From assembly GCA_001938485.1 (NCBI GenBank), contig MQRK01171274.1, forward strand, positions 62,001 through 124,696: 62,696 bases of DNA. The letters run 5' to 3'. This stretch comes from Girardia tigrina. Lineage: Eukaryota. Position numbers and translations under genes: made by a program. The notes beneath the pieces were generated by a model, which saw nothing but the letters and a program-made list of their open reading frames with translations, searched no databases and had not been told where the DNA came from. Of the stretch, positions 11,301 through 26,300 are shown piece after piece. Every line of letters starts with the position of its first letter. Position 1 is the first letter of the stretch.

Positions 11301-14300
11301 CCTTCCACAATCGTAAATACTTCAGGACAAGTCAAAACAAACATATTCATATTTTCTTCAAGATGCAAATACAAATTCCGAGCCCATGCAATGCGTCCTA
11401 TTGTAAATAAAAGCATAAGTGTGATAAAAAGTATACTAAAGAAAAATTATATTGAATTACAAGAGAAGCTTCAAAAGACTATTAACTTATTGTAAATAAT
11501 ATTATTAATAAAAATTTTTTTTTATAAAAACAACCACGTTTTTCAAGCATTACCAATGCACTAAAAAGAAGAAAAAATAATTTTTTTCTAGACATGTGAG
11601 AAATTTTATACCTAACCAAAAACGTGGGGCGGATTNNNNNNNNNNNNNNNNNNNNNNNNNNNNNNNNNNNNNNNNNNNNNNNNNNNNNNNNNNNNNNNNN
11701 NNNNNNNNNNNNNNNNNNNNNNNNNNNNNNNNNNNNNNNNNNNNNNNNNNNNNNNNNNNNNNNNNNNNNNNNNNNNNNNNNNNNNNNNNNNNNNNNNNNN
11801 NNNNNNNNNNNNNNNNNNNNNNNNNNNNNNNNNNNNNNNNNNNNNNNNNNNNNNNNNNNNNNNNNNNNNNNNNNNNNNNNNNNNNNNNNNNNNNNNNNNN
11901 NNNNNNNNNNNNNNNNNNNNTTGTCATCGGAAGCAAGCCTGTATAAAACTTCATTCATGAAAATAAACGAAAAGATTGCTATTTAATACAGTGTATAAAT
12001 TTGTAGATAATCGTAAGTGGTTTTTTGCAAAAAAAATAAAAAATTATTTTTTTTTCAAATTTTTTTTATCAAATTGTATTGTCATCGGAAGCAAGCCTGT
12101 ATAAAACTTCATTCATGAAAATAAACGAAAAGATTGCTATTTAATACAGTGTATAAATTTGTAGATAATCGTAAGTGGTTTTTTGCAAAAAAAATAATAA
12201 AATTATTTTTTTTTCAAATTTTTTTTTATAATATTGTATTGTCATCGGAAGCAAGCCTGTGTAAAAAAATTCAGCTGAATTGGATGACTGAAAGTGGTCG
12301 AAAAATCGATCGCAAAATTTACAAACAAACAGACAGACAGACATACAAGAAAGTAAGTTAAGAAAAACGTGGTAAAAAGAACTTATCGTAAACCCCATCT
12401 TCTTCTCGTATAAATGAAGGTGTATAAAGCTTTTATAAATCTGAGATATACAACTCAATTGAAAACTGCAATATACCAAACGAGAATCTAACAAAATCTT
12501 TTTTCAAGGGGTATTAACTTTGAATTTCATTAACAAATCCAGAAAATTGAGGGTTGAAATAAAATGTCTCGTACAAGTATCTTTACTTAAGCAAACAACG
12601 CGGATAATTAATACTCAGAACAATGTCAATTGTCACTTAAAATATAATTTTTTAATACAAGGAAGCAATGCTGGAAGTATAACATGAAACCTATTTTTCT
12701 AGAAACATTTAACTGATTTATAAGATGACAACAAAAATGGATTAATATTTTGTTGAATGGATGCAGGTATCTTTTTTCAAATCGATTAGAACTGAGTATT
12801 TTGCTATGAATTAACATAATGTCCCACGTTCTAGGTATAATAGACAAATTTAGTAGATATATCAGCACATAATCAAGATGAGACGACAACAATACAGACG
12901 GTACAACAGAAGTGGATATTTCGATTAAGAACACCAGAGTGCATTTATGTGGACCATGGAAAAGTATTTGAATCTCGGTTATTTGATGATTTCACGTAAT
13001 CGCAATTGATTAAAATAGCATTTTCGAGTCCATGCCACCATAGTTCAAGCGGAATTATAGAGACAATTCTGAAACGTTCGAGATGAATTAAAAGTGACAC
13101 TAAGAGAAAGAGGAAGTAAATCTTCGATAGAATATTACCGGAAATAGAGTTCAGTATGCATACGTCAATACAAAACACGATTGAATGTAGTCCAGCGGAA
13201 GTAATTTTTGGAAAACGATTTACTCTTGATGAAATTAAAAAATAGAGATTCGAAAACCAAAAGCGGATTTTCAGGTTGGAGACTGGGTACTAGTGAAAAT
13301 AGGCAATCAACAGAGAAGTTCGGATAGTTATGATAGACCTTATGAAATCATATATAAAGAACATGATTGGTGCGTGAAGATACGTAATAAAACGGGTTGA
13401 ATAACACCCAGAAATATTAAATGACTGAAGCTTTTGAAAGAAGGGGGGTGTAAGGATAAATAATTTTATTCTATTTTTATTATCTTTATTACAATAACGG
13501 ATCGAGAATATTCAAATTAATCTCTTGATTGCCTATTTTCACTAGTACCCAGTCTCCAACCTGAAAATCCACTTTTGGTTTTCGAATCTCTATTTTTTAA
13601 TTTCATCAAGAGTAAATCGTTTTCCAAAAATTAAATAATAAACGCGTGTAATTTTTAGATTATAAAATAAATTTGATATTTTTCAGGGAATCATGTTACA
13701 CTTGTTAAATAGTTTTAAGAAACAGTAATGATAATTCTTTTTAATATTTATTTAAAAACATTGTTAAGAATTTTTAAAACCATGCGAACACTATTCTAAA
13801 AAATATTTAATAATAATATACTTCGACGGTTTTACCGTTATCTTCAGATTATGAACTTTATTACTTGTTATATAATCTATTGACTAAAAATTATTGAACT
13901 TTTAACAAATTGTATGAGAATGCAGTTCTAACATTGATTTTTGAATTACGAGATCTTATTAACAATACTCACACGACACTCTTTCCCAATAATTTTTAAA
14001 ACGCTTGCACAGAATTTTGAAATCATTTATACTCAAATCACATTTAAAAGTTTTCCTAAAATAAATAATAAAATTAATTATTCTATGATTGTTTCATGCA
14101 TACCGATATAAATTTTATTTCAAACCAAACTTCACAAATACAGATTGCTCCATTTAAGAATTTCAATATAATTTATCAAATTATACAATACAAATCAATT
14201 TATCTTTTAACTGAATTTCTCAACTGAAATGTCTTTGTAAAAATTTTATTTTTCTTCGAATCGATTCGATCTTTTATTTTTTTCTGTTAAGAAACTAAAT

Positions 14301-17300
14301 TGTATCCCCAACTCTCCACAATAAAACTCTATCATATACCATCATACTACCGAATGCTCATCTCCAGAACCAATATTCCGAATGGCAAATGAATTAGATA
14401 AATTTACTTTGATTTCTTGACGATCATTCTTGATCCCAAATATTTTATAAAGTTTATTCAATTGTTTATTTTTAATATTTTTGTTTTAATAATTCTTAAG
14501 AAGGATGTTTATTGGTTGATTTATCTCTATAAAAGATTTACGAGCTTACTTCAGGCCATAAATAATCTTCAGCATACCCTTTCGGTGCCGGTTCGACTTT
14601 CGACGTGGAGGTAGAGTCACTTCCTGAATTGGTCGGTAGATCCATCCGCATCTCACACAATAAAATGGGAACTCAACACAAAATTCATTACTATCAAGAA
14701 TGTTAACATTAATACAAGTCCTCGAGATCAATGGCGTTCTAGATTTGTGAGGAAACAATTGGATATGTTCCATGGTCATTTGGTATTGCATTCGATTTAT
14801 TTTTTGCCGATTTTGTCATCTTCTTTATATTAGGTGTACAACTAATTAATTTCGTATTTGTTACGAAATAACCTTATATTCGTATTTGTTACCTCATTTC
14901 GAATTTGTTACTAACCTCATATCTATTTATGTAGTCAATAGTCAATTTTATNNAATTTTAGTAAACACACAAATTTTTTTTATTACAGTCAAAATGTCAA
15001 ATTACGTTCCAACAAAACAGCATTTGCGGGGAGGTTTGCTTTTGTTCTTTAATTTAAGGAAAAGTGCAACAGAAGCTTATCCTGAATATGCTCCAGAGGT
15101 TAGAGTATATCAGCAGTGGTTTGTACGATTTAAAAGTGGCGATTTTGACGCAGAAGACAAAGAGTGATCAGGTCCATCAAAAAAGTTTGAAGACAAAGAA
15201 TTGGAGGCATTACTCGATCAAGATCCATGTCAAACTCAAGAAGAACTTGGAAAAACATTGGAAGTCACTNNNNNNNNNNNNNNNNNNNNNNNNNNNNNNN
15301 NNNNNNNNNNNNNNNNNNNNNNNNNNNNNNNNNNNNNNNNNNNNNNNNNNNNNNNNNNNNNNNNNNNNNNNNNNNNNNNNNNNNNNNNNNNNNNNNNNNN
15401 NNNNNNNNNNNNNNNNNNNNNNNNNNNNNNNNNNNNNNNNNNNNNNNNNNNNNNNNNNNNNNNNNNNNNNNNNNNNNNNNNNNNNNNNNNNNNNNNNNNN
15501 NNNNNNNNNNNNNNNNNNNNNNNNNNNNNNNNNNNNNNNNNNNNNNNNNNNNNNNNNNNNNNNNNNNNNNNNNNNNNNNNNNNNNNNNNNNNNNNNNNNN
15601 NNNNNNNNNNNNNNNNNNNNNNNNNNNNNNNNNNNNNNNNNNNNNNAGCAATAGCCGAAAAACGGCCAGAATGGGCGACCAGACACGAGAAATTGATTTT
15701 CCATCATGACAATGCTCGGCCACATGTTGCAGTACCGGTCAAAAATTATTTTGAAAATGCCGGATTGGAAATTCTACCTCACCCGCCTTATAGCCCAGAC
15801 ATAGGTCCTTCTGATTACCACTTGTTTCGGTCGATGCAGAATCACCTTTCTGGAATACGGTTCACCAATGTTGAAGGTATTAAAAAATGGCTTGATGACT
15901 TTCTCGGCGCAAAAGATGAGAAGTTTTTTTGGGATGGAATCCATAAATTGCCTGACAGATGGGAAAAAGTTGCCGCTTCCGATGGACAATATTTTGAATA
16001 AAATATTTTTTCACTTTTATACTTAAATAAATGGTTTTATTAACAAAAAAATACGAAATTAATTAGTTGTACACCCAATATTATTGAAGCAACTTTAGTT
16101 CCCAAATTGGGATTTTTGTATTTGAATTTAATTTTCTTTGAAATGGATTTTGATAATTACTATTTTTGATATTTTCAGTTTTCGGAATTCTGTTGAGATT
16201 TCGATATTTTGTGGCGATGAAAGACATGACAATAATAATAATACTAATGCGCTACGTTCATTATATTATTCTAAGATTAAAGTTGTATTTTTATGTTTTT
16301 AAATGTTTATGAAAAGATTCGGCTTTTATAATACTTACCATGATTTACAAGTTTTTAATTAATACTGATATATTACGGTGGTATAAAGTTTATGGTTACC
16401 TTAGAAACACAAGAGATGACATACAATTAAGCATTAAATTTCCAGGTAAATACCATCCTTGTCTTAATTTATCTTTTGGTTCATCCATCACGCACCTTCT
16501 TGACATTCCTGAGCTGGAGTCCTCGTACAAAGTGAGCAATCGACCGGAGCAAGTAGGTACAAATTGTACAAAGGATGAGGAAAGACGTCAATGTTGTACG
16601 ATCTTTTTCAAAAATATAAATATCTACATTTAAACGACAGTAGAAAATTTTCGAGAAGAACATAATATTTGTGAAATATATTTCTTGTATAAAAAATAAT
16701 CCATAAACTTTTGTCACACTTTATTATTCTTCTAAATTGAAATATAATTTTTAAATAAATTAGATATTCTTATCGCTTTACAAATAATTAATCCAATGTT
16801 TCATTGAAATCACATTTAGTTATAAAATATATAATATAAAAATTAAAATATTAATTTAGTGATACCCGCGAAGTAAGGCATATCGCGATCCAGAGGAGGA
16901 TTGTCTTGATGTTCAATGAATAAATTTCGGATTACTTGAATTTCGCTTTTAAATGCTTTAAACAACTCGACATATCTCGAAAAATGGTCTAGTTCGGGAA
17001 TATCTATCTTCTCAATTTTTTGTTGCATTCTTAAGCCAGCAATAACGCCTTTGGATCTGTGAAAGTAGCTGTTTATGACCCCTATTAAAGCTGTATGTAA
17101 ATCTTCAATTTGATTTTGGAATTCTTCATAATCCTTATCAAAAGATAAATTTCTTTGGTTGAGAAAATCGTATTTCTTTGATGTAATAAGTGTGGTTATT
17201 CTATCGTAACGATTTATTACCGTATCCTTTCCTGAAATACATTACAAAGGAAAAATAAATGGCAATATTGGATAAATATAAATTCAATATTTTCGTTTCT

Positions 17301-20300
17301 TTTAACACATTGTTTTCTGGAGACGAGTTAACCCGTCATACCCTTCTTTATACAGCATTACACATAATTTGCTAAGTACTTAAATCAAGACATCTTTTTA
17401 AAGTAAAACACTGAAAGTTTCATTGAAAATATTTAATAGATCGTTAGATATGAATATTTTACGGAAAGTCTAAATTTTTCGCGAAAATTAAATAACACCC
17501 ACGCTACACCACGAATGTGCGGGAAAATGTCCGACTACATTGTGTTAATTTATTTTTTAGCTATCAACTGGTGCTCATAATTTAATATGGATTGAAGAAT
17601 TTTAAACTTACGTACTTCCAGAGCCGTAGTGATGGCGGTGCGAGCGGTGCGGTCGCACCGGGTGCATGGGCGCCAAAATCGCACTTTATAATAATAATTA
17701 TAGTAGTCTTTTTTGTTTAATGGCAAAGCATCCATGAATTTATCCGAATAAATAGATGTTTTCTTATAGCTAGGCGATGCAAGGCTTAAGCATCAATGCT
17801 GCGTCATAGAGCATGTGAAGACGAACGTCCAAAGTCATTTTAATTCTTTTAAGGTATAATTTGTAGTAGTGAATCTTTTTCGCGCTGGGGGCGCCAGATT
17901 TGAACTTCGCACAGGGCGCAATTGTTCCTTACTACGGCTCTGCGTACTTCTGTTAGTTTTTTAACCCTTATTTCTTTGAAAATTATCGAATTAAAGAATA
18001 AACTTTTATCGATTTATTATAAAAGAATTCGGAAATTATAATTTCAAAATCTACATCAATTAATTGTCATTTAAATTAGTGATCTTCAACGTTTCTTTAA
18101 TATGTCACCCAATGTACAATATCCTTATAAGGTCTCTTAAGAAAGATTTATTTTTCCAACAAAATAGTGTGCTTAAAAATTATAATTTCAGATATAATAA
18201 GATAAAATTAAAAAGTACATATCACAATAATATTTATGCTAAAATGAGTAACCAGATAGTGAACCAAATTATTTATTAAAATTTGACGCCACTATTTCAA
18301 AGGACTTCTTACACCTACTTGAAAAATGAGTTAAGGACAAAAATATAAATAAATAAATGAATTTCGCATCTTTCACACGTTTTCTGTCCAAAGATTAATT
18401 TTTGTTTCATTATAGCTAATTATAATGACAATATGTCATAATTTAATGCTTTCAAGTCATAAAACACTATGTTAACGTCACCTATATGTATAGTTTTATA
18501 TGTATGATTCCAATTGACTTGAAGGCTTTAGGACAGGTTTCGGAAATTAGATATAAAAAAAATATTTTTCAAATAAGGGATGGATGGGCTAACTGGACAA
18601 AATATCAACCAGTGACCCCTCAATTATATACAGTGTGACCAGAAATCGCGGACCATAAATGTTAGAAAGTATAAAGATCCATATTAGATAGTAATCATTA
18701 TATAGTTCATTAATGACTATTTTCACCTTGACAATTTGAGAATCTATTATGATTAAGATAAATAAGTATTTCTTTATTTTTTATTTATTAGGTTGGAACG
18801 AAAGTTTTGTTAGTTATTTCAAAATCTGTAAACAATTTCTTTAATTTAATTTTGTTGTATATGGATTTTATATTTTGTTATATTCTGATGAACATTTTGA
18901 TGTATTATTCGCATTATATGGCCATTTCTATAAAAAGTTAAAAGAAAAAAAAGCTTGAAGAAATCTGCAACTTGATTTTTACAAATTCAAGCTTGGTCGT
19001 AAAGCAGTGAAAGCGTCTAAAAACATTTGTACAAGTAACGGCTAATATTTAATGACTGTAAGAACATGCTTTCGATAGTATGGGAAATGCCGCTCCGGGA
19101 ACACGCGTCGTAAAGACAAAAGGCACTCCAGATGCCTAACAACCGTTGATAAACAAGAGCTACTACGTTCTATTGAAGTGAACACGACTCAAACAACGCG
19201 CGAGCTGGCCGCTAAACTCCAAACTTTACATACAACCTTCAGTACATGAACAAGAAAAATAATCGTTGTCAAGAGTTCCTGTAAGAACTCAACAAAATGC
19301 AAAAAAATAATTTATTAAAGGCTGTACGTGCGATGAGATGTAGTTTTTATCTACAATAACCAATGGCTGAGTCCAAGTCAACTGTAAAAACGAACGCCTT
19401 GAAGTGATCCACATAAAAAAGGATGATGTTGTGCGTTCGATGGATGGCATTTGAGCCTGTTCTCATGGAACTCCTTTCGCGCGGTCTAACCATCACCTCT
19501 GAAGTTTACTGCATCGAATAAGACCGTGTTGAGGACGCTTGGCGAGTTCTTTGATTTCAACATGACAATGTCAAACCTCGTGTTACACGCCGAACGCTAT
19601 ATTTAATTTTTATTTTTTTCTAAAATTTACTTGAATTTTTCAGTTTGTTCTAAAATTGACTGGATTTTATCATCTTTTTTCAAATTTATTACTTAAAAAA
19701 CCATTTAATTTTCTGAGACTTAATTTTCCGAGACTTAATTGTCGTGCTCCGATATTATTTTTTTTTATTTTTTTTATATTTTTTTTTATATTTTTTTATA
19801 AAAAAACTACTTCTAGGATACTATATATATTAAAAATAGTGTATCAAGTTAATTAAAATTTCTAAACCTTCTAAAACAACATCCTTTAAAATGGAATAAT
19901 TTTTCATTGATTTCAAAATCGCTATCAATTTCACAAGTCTTGTTTCAAATAAATTAAAATTTCCAAATATTTGAACTTCCGAAAAATCAAAGAAGCGATT
20001 CTCATTTTCGAATTTCATATCTTTCCTCACTTTCTGATAACACTTTTGATAAACATGGTTCAGATTTATACATATTTCCATTCTTTTAATAAATTTATCT
20101 GGCTCGCCGTCCCATAGTGTATGTTTTCCTTTGTCGGTTATAAATCCTTTGCAAGTATAAATCATTTGATTAGTTATCTAAAGTATAATAAATTTCTAGA
20201 GCTCTAAATACTTATATTACCTTTACAAACAATTGAGTCATATTTGTAAACGTACGATAATACGTGGAGTAAACGTAAATCATGCTTAAGGATTGCAACA

Positions 20301-23300
20301 ATTTGGGAACAATTTCGATCATTTTCTCCTGGTTAAAAAATATTTTATATAAAATATTTTTATTTCGAAAGGTCATAATAATAATTATTTATGAAATATT
20401 TAATCAAAATATTATTTTAAACTAAAGCACTACTCGCATTTCCCGGGAAAAAATAGTTTATAATAAAAAGCTGTTTAAAACATATTAAATTTGAATTCAG
20501 GTCAACTATTTGAAGAGGTGACCCATCTCAGAGATACACCCCAATGCTGAGTTGGATACATCACTAAGGTGAAGTAATTATGGGTTTTAATTAGATACCG
20601 GTCAAAATAAAAATATCAAATATCTATTTTTCTGTTTTTCAGAATTGGATTCAGATTAAAAAGACACTTAAACTAAGGTGTCTTACCGATAGAATCAGCA
20701 TTGAAAGTTGGGTATTCCGGTACTAGTCCAGGTTAGCCGTGATGTACTGTTCTTGGGCCATGTAGAAAAAGGAACGTTGTCGAGGAATCGATTCGATCTT
20801 CACTAATTTATCCATTCAAATCAAATATTAAAATTTCAAGGTCAGAGCTCAGAATTGGACTAATCTACCACTTTCTGAAATTCCAACTTGAGCCTTAAGT
20901 CTTTCGACGGAACTGAAAACGGGTGAATATCGGGATTTTCCGTAAATCGGAATGTCATAATGAGAAAATTTTGGAATTTATACTGTTGGAGTCACCTTCT
21001 CAAGACGAGTCAAATAACATCTGGATTGGTGATCGGTAGACAAAATAAACCAATGTAACCATCTATCACACCACTGAAATGATTGACTGGTGATACAGTT
21101 TTTTCAGTGTGACACTATTGTGTAATTTATATTACTTTTGTTTATATAATATCTGTTTACTTTTATTCAAATTGTTGTCAAATAAAGCCTTCTCTTTGGC
21201 CTTATCTCAGCTCTACAATTTATTTGACAACAATTTTATGTTTTGAGATCATGGATAAATTATTAAAACCCGATCGTTTCGACGCGGATTCATCGTCATC
21301 GACAGCAACCAAAGAATTGGATGCGTATGGGCCATTGGTTGCGTACTTTCGAAAATTTCTTGAAATCGGTGGGAGATACTAAGCTCGATCGTCTAGTGGT
21401 GTTGACAAATAATATCTCATCATCAGTATATACTATCATCGCTGACTGTATTTCTTACGACGACGCTATGGAAGCGTTGAACGACGTTTTTGATAAACCG
21501 AAAAATGAAATATTTGCGCGGCATCTTCTCCCGACTTACATCAACAGCCAAATGAATCTACAGATCAGTTTTTACAATCACTTCGCCGGCTCTCGAAGGA
21601 TTGTAATTTCAAAATAGAATCAGTCGAAAAATATTGCGAGGAATCAATACGTGATGTTGTTATCGTCAATGCAACATCTCAAATGTCTTTCAAAACAATT
21701 TTATCTGAAGAAAGTAAAGTTTAAGTTGCAGCCACCTCACGTAATTTGTGCTATTTTGTGGTAATGCGCGCCACCATCGTACTGTATTCCCAGTAAGCGA
21801 TGTGATTTGACACAAATGCAGTAAAAAGGGATATCTTTCAAAGATCTATCACTTTGAAAAATCTACAATTATTTCTGCTACCACAAATCAATCAATTCTG
21901 TCAGTCAGTTGACAATCAGCTGTTGGCAATCCTGTCTCTCATGCTATAATTGATATGGTTATAAATGGCAACACTTTTAAAGCGTGTGTCGATACAGGTG
22001 ACTCTGATAATTTTATCAAAAAGTCGATTAAGCATCAACTCTCTTTAAAACAGTTTCCTTCGTCTGGATTTATCACTCTAGCCAGCACTGCTCACCATAC
22101 AAGAATTACAGACTATTGTCTAGTTAACTGTTCTATTAAAAACGAAGAGTACAATAACATCAAATTCTTCGTATTAGACAATTTATGTTGTGATCTTTTG
22201 TTTGGTCATGACTTTATGTGCCAGTATAAAAATATATCGATTACTTTTAAAGGCGATAAGCCCACTCTATCTGTCTGCAACCTCATTGCTATGTCAATTC
22301 AACCTCCAGTTCTATTCTTCAACCTATCTAGTGATTGTAAGCCTGGGGCTGTACCATCGCGACGTAATTCTAGTGATGATCGACAATTTATAAGATCAGA
22401 GGCTCAACAACTGCTGAGAAAAGGTATCATCGAGCAAAGTGACTCTCCGTGGAGAGCTTAGGTGCTAATTGTAAATAATGTGCACCACAAGAAACGCTTA
22501 GTAATTGACTAATCACAAACCATCAACAAATTTACGCATCTAAGCGCTTACCCTCTTCCCAGAATCGATGATTTGCTACAAAAAATACGAAGTACAAGTT
22601 TGCTCTTCTTGTAAAATCTTTGCTAAACTCAAAACTAGATTTTTTAAAACAGATCAAAATCACCTTATTAAAGCAACTATGCCATTCGAACGTTTGAGCA
22701 TGGATTTTGCGGGCCCTAAGCCTTCAGTAATATCTCACAAGTACCTACTCGTTTTGGTAGACGAGTACTCAAGGTTTCCTTTTGCCTTTTCATGCAGCGA
22801 TGTATCTGCTTCTTCTGTAACTAAGTGTTGGTAGCAACTATTCAATATATTTGGAATGCCGGATTATATACATTCAGATCGGATAGCTCAGTTCATGTCT
22901 GTAGAGGTATCCTCATTCTTAACATCTTGCGGAGTTGCCCAAAGTCGCACAACTCCTTACAATCCACGCAGTAATGGTAAGTGCGAGCGTTACAACGGTA
23001 CTATATGGAAAGCTATTTAACTGACTCTGAAAGAGCGAAATCTGCTTGAAAAGTTATGTGAGTCCGTGTTACCAGAATTGCTTCATGCGGTTATATCTCT
23101 ACTTTGTACCACTACGAATGCTACTCCTCATGAGCGCTTTTGTCATTTAGTCGTCAATCGCCTATCAGCAGCTCTTTGCCGTAATATTTAACTTTGACAG
23201 GGCCTGTACTACTGAAGCGGTATGTTAGAAGCTGCAAATCGGAGCCTCTAGTCGATGAGGTTGAGCTAGTTTTGGCAACTCCTAAATACGATCATATTCA

Positions 23301-26300
23301 CCATCAAAATAGTGTCGAATCTATCGTCTCGCTTCATGACTTAGACCCTATGCCCAAAAATAATGAATTTAATTTGACCCCAATTGCAGAGGAATTGGAA
23401 GAAGTATCTACTTTCTCTCCTCAGGAGAGTGAGGATCTTCAAGAAGAAGCATTGCAAAAATCTGTGAGCGACATCAGTGTCTTCGATTCTTCACTTTCTG
23501 ACGAAAAAAGCGGTCATAAAAATATTTTACCACAGTCTAAAACTATCTGTTAACCCCTCAGAAGGTCTTTGCAGTTACACGTACATCCGGAACGATATAG
23601 TTAGATATAGCTAGATATCTAAATTGTAGCATCTTGTTGTTTCTCTCTTACACAGATAACAGCTTATTTAATTGGATGAACAATTATTCTCTAGTTAGAG
23701 TGAATGTTGTGTAATTTATATTATTTTTGTTTAAATAATATCTTTGTTTACTTTTATTCAAATTGTTGTCAAATAAAGCCTTCTGTTTGGCCTTATCTCT
23801 TCTCTACAGACACTAGTATCTATATTTCTTTTCTATCGATATTTGATTTTCTCTTCGATGTTTCAGTAACTAGCATCGAATTAAAGGCTATATCCATGAG
23901 GCTTTTCAAAGAGTTGGACTAAATAGCAAATTGAAAAAAAAATCATTTTAAAAATTTTATGAATTATTATTAAAATATTTTGGTGAAATCTTTTCAAGGA
24001 TATGTGCAACAATTTTCCAAGTTTGGTTGTGATTTGTGCGTTAGGTTCTGAGTCTATTTGAAACATATATGTTTGGTTCAAAATCATTAATTGAAGTCGT
24101 AACACGTAAAAATATATTTCTATAGCAACAATGATTTTTACAACAATTTTTAAAAGAACTATTTTCTTATTTTGTACGAATCAGAAATAAATAAGTATAA
24201 TAAATATAAATATGATTTTATAATCATCATAAATTTATGTAAATATTTTTTTTAAAAAACTTTATATCAACTTATTAATTTTAGCATTGTTAAATTCTTA
24301 TTTTTTTATTCAAATTTTATCGTAAATTATTAAATTCAAATCATTTATATTGTTATTAAAACCTTATTGCAACTTATTAATTTTAAATTCTTATTTCTTA
24401 TTAAATTGTTATTTTATGTTTATTAAAATTTTAAAATCTTTATCTTATAACGTTATATTTTTTTAACTTATTAACTATTTAGTAGATAATTACTTATTTT
24501 AATAAATTATCTGTTAATCGTTATTAACACTTTTAATTAATAATCTCTTTAAATAATTTATATTTTATGCTATTTTAAAAACTGGAAAATCTATAAATTC
24601 GCCAGCCTAACAAGATTTCCATACATACATTTATATATTTATAAAGAATTTGCTCATTAAGCGTACCCGTACATGTGCCAAATACATTTTGTAAAAAAAC
24701 ATTTCATCTTTTTTCTATACATTAATCGTGGTCTTTCTGTGAAATTTTAGTGTATTATTGATTAAAGTTTATTTAGTTAATTTTACTCTTTCATTAAGAT
24801 GATTAATTTTTAATATTTAGAATTTTATTTCCTATTTTTTACTAATATTATTTGATTTCTGTTTTTAAAAAGTATTAGAAAAAATCAAGAATATGACATT
24901 TTAGTGTTAAAAATAAATTGTAGTGTCCTAGTCCAAGTTTTGTCAGACGAAGACACTTTTTGCAATAATAGATTCATTGAAGACTGCTAAGACAAAGGTT
25001 GGTGGTACATGGGTGGTGAGAATACGAATGAGTGATGATGGATCTTCAAAGCATCATAAACCTTTAGAAGAATTGGTGTCTTGTAAACTAGTTAATTTGT
25101 TAAAAAAGAAAAAATATTGTGTTTGTCATATAAGTTGCATCCCACATTTATTACAATATTTCCATTAAATTATTCATAAATAAATAAACTTTATAAAAAA
25201 TAAAGATTACTATATCTCTATGATACAACGGAACGCAATACTTTTCAATAACACTTAAGAATTTTGTGTTTTCTTTGCTTTCAATAAACGCTCTCGTGAC
25301 TTTCTGATCCAATTGTACCCATTTCTTAAAGGATAAATAAATATTTGTTCATTAGTAGCTATAAGAATTACGTCTAGAGCTTTTGAATGAGCTATTTTTA
25401 ATACAAGTAAAACATTTGTAACTACTTTTTGTTTCAATTGGTTTACCAAACAATTAAATCTAGTCATCTGTTTTTTCCAAAACTTTAACTCTTCATGAGG
25501 ACCAATAATACCACTTTCAACTCGCAATAATTCGATTTCGGTTATTTCCTAAAGAAAATATTATAGCTGATGATAAACAAAACTTTCAACCTTTTGGATT
25601 TGTTTCATCCATTTACTGGTTACTTCTTCTGCTTTGGCTAAACTTTCTGGATCATTAGCGGCACTAGTGAGACCTTCAACCCCTGTAATCAAAACTGCAT
25701 TTCCATCCATTTCGAGAATAACTTTTTCCTCGACACAAATACTGGCAGCTAGTTTACAAAAAAATATTTTAAAACAACGCTAAATAAAAACAGGAAAAAA
25801 CTTTGAAATTATGGTTGATCAATAGTTAAAGTTAAATTTTTATGTTTCGGAACATATATAATAGATAATAATTTATTATAATAGGATAAAACATAAAATT
25901 AAGTATAAGTTTAAACAAATAAATCTGGTTATTCTGTTCGAAAAAGTTTAAACGAGCTAAACAGTCTTGAGACAAGAGGAAAACTATGACCATCTAACTT
26001 ACATTACATTAGTTAAAAACACTTATATGGTGACCACAGGATTATTCCTCGGCCTCTTTATTTGCTTTTCCTATAAATGTTTACTATAGATTGTAGGGAT
26101 ATATTTTATAAAGACATATATGTGATTATAAATACTCGAAAACTTACATATATACCCCCCATTTTGGACTATTTATGTTGGAAGAATTTTTTAATGAGTA
26201 ATGTGCGATTATTTAAGTTAATTTAAAATATTATTATTTAAGGAGGAGACTATTTTTTCAGAATTTTTTTTGGAAAAAATATGATATTTTATATTGAATG

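Noticed and set aside
11482-11986. ORFs spanning N gaps (also 8152-8417, 15064-15725 other than the transposase frame, 26998-27248, 50385-50591)
   Set aside because: Artefacts of N runs and (AT)n tracts.
11921-12262. Regularly spaced repeats as a CRISPR array
   Set aside because: Whole 160-bp units repeat with no unique spacers, there are no cas genes, and the context is eukaryotic.
16440-16600. Possible mariner fragments (also 42250-42410 and a TIR-like start at 62587)
   Set aside because: Single degenerate motifs only.
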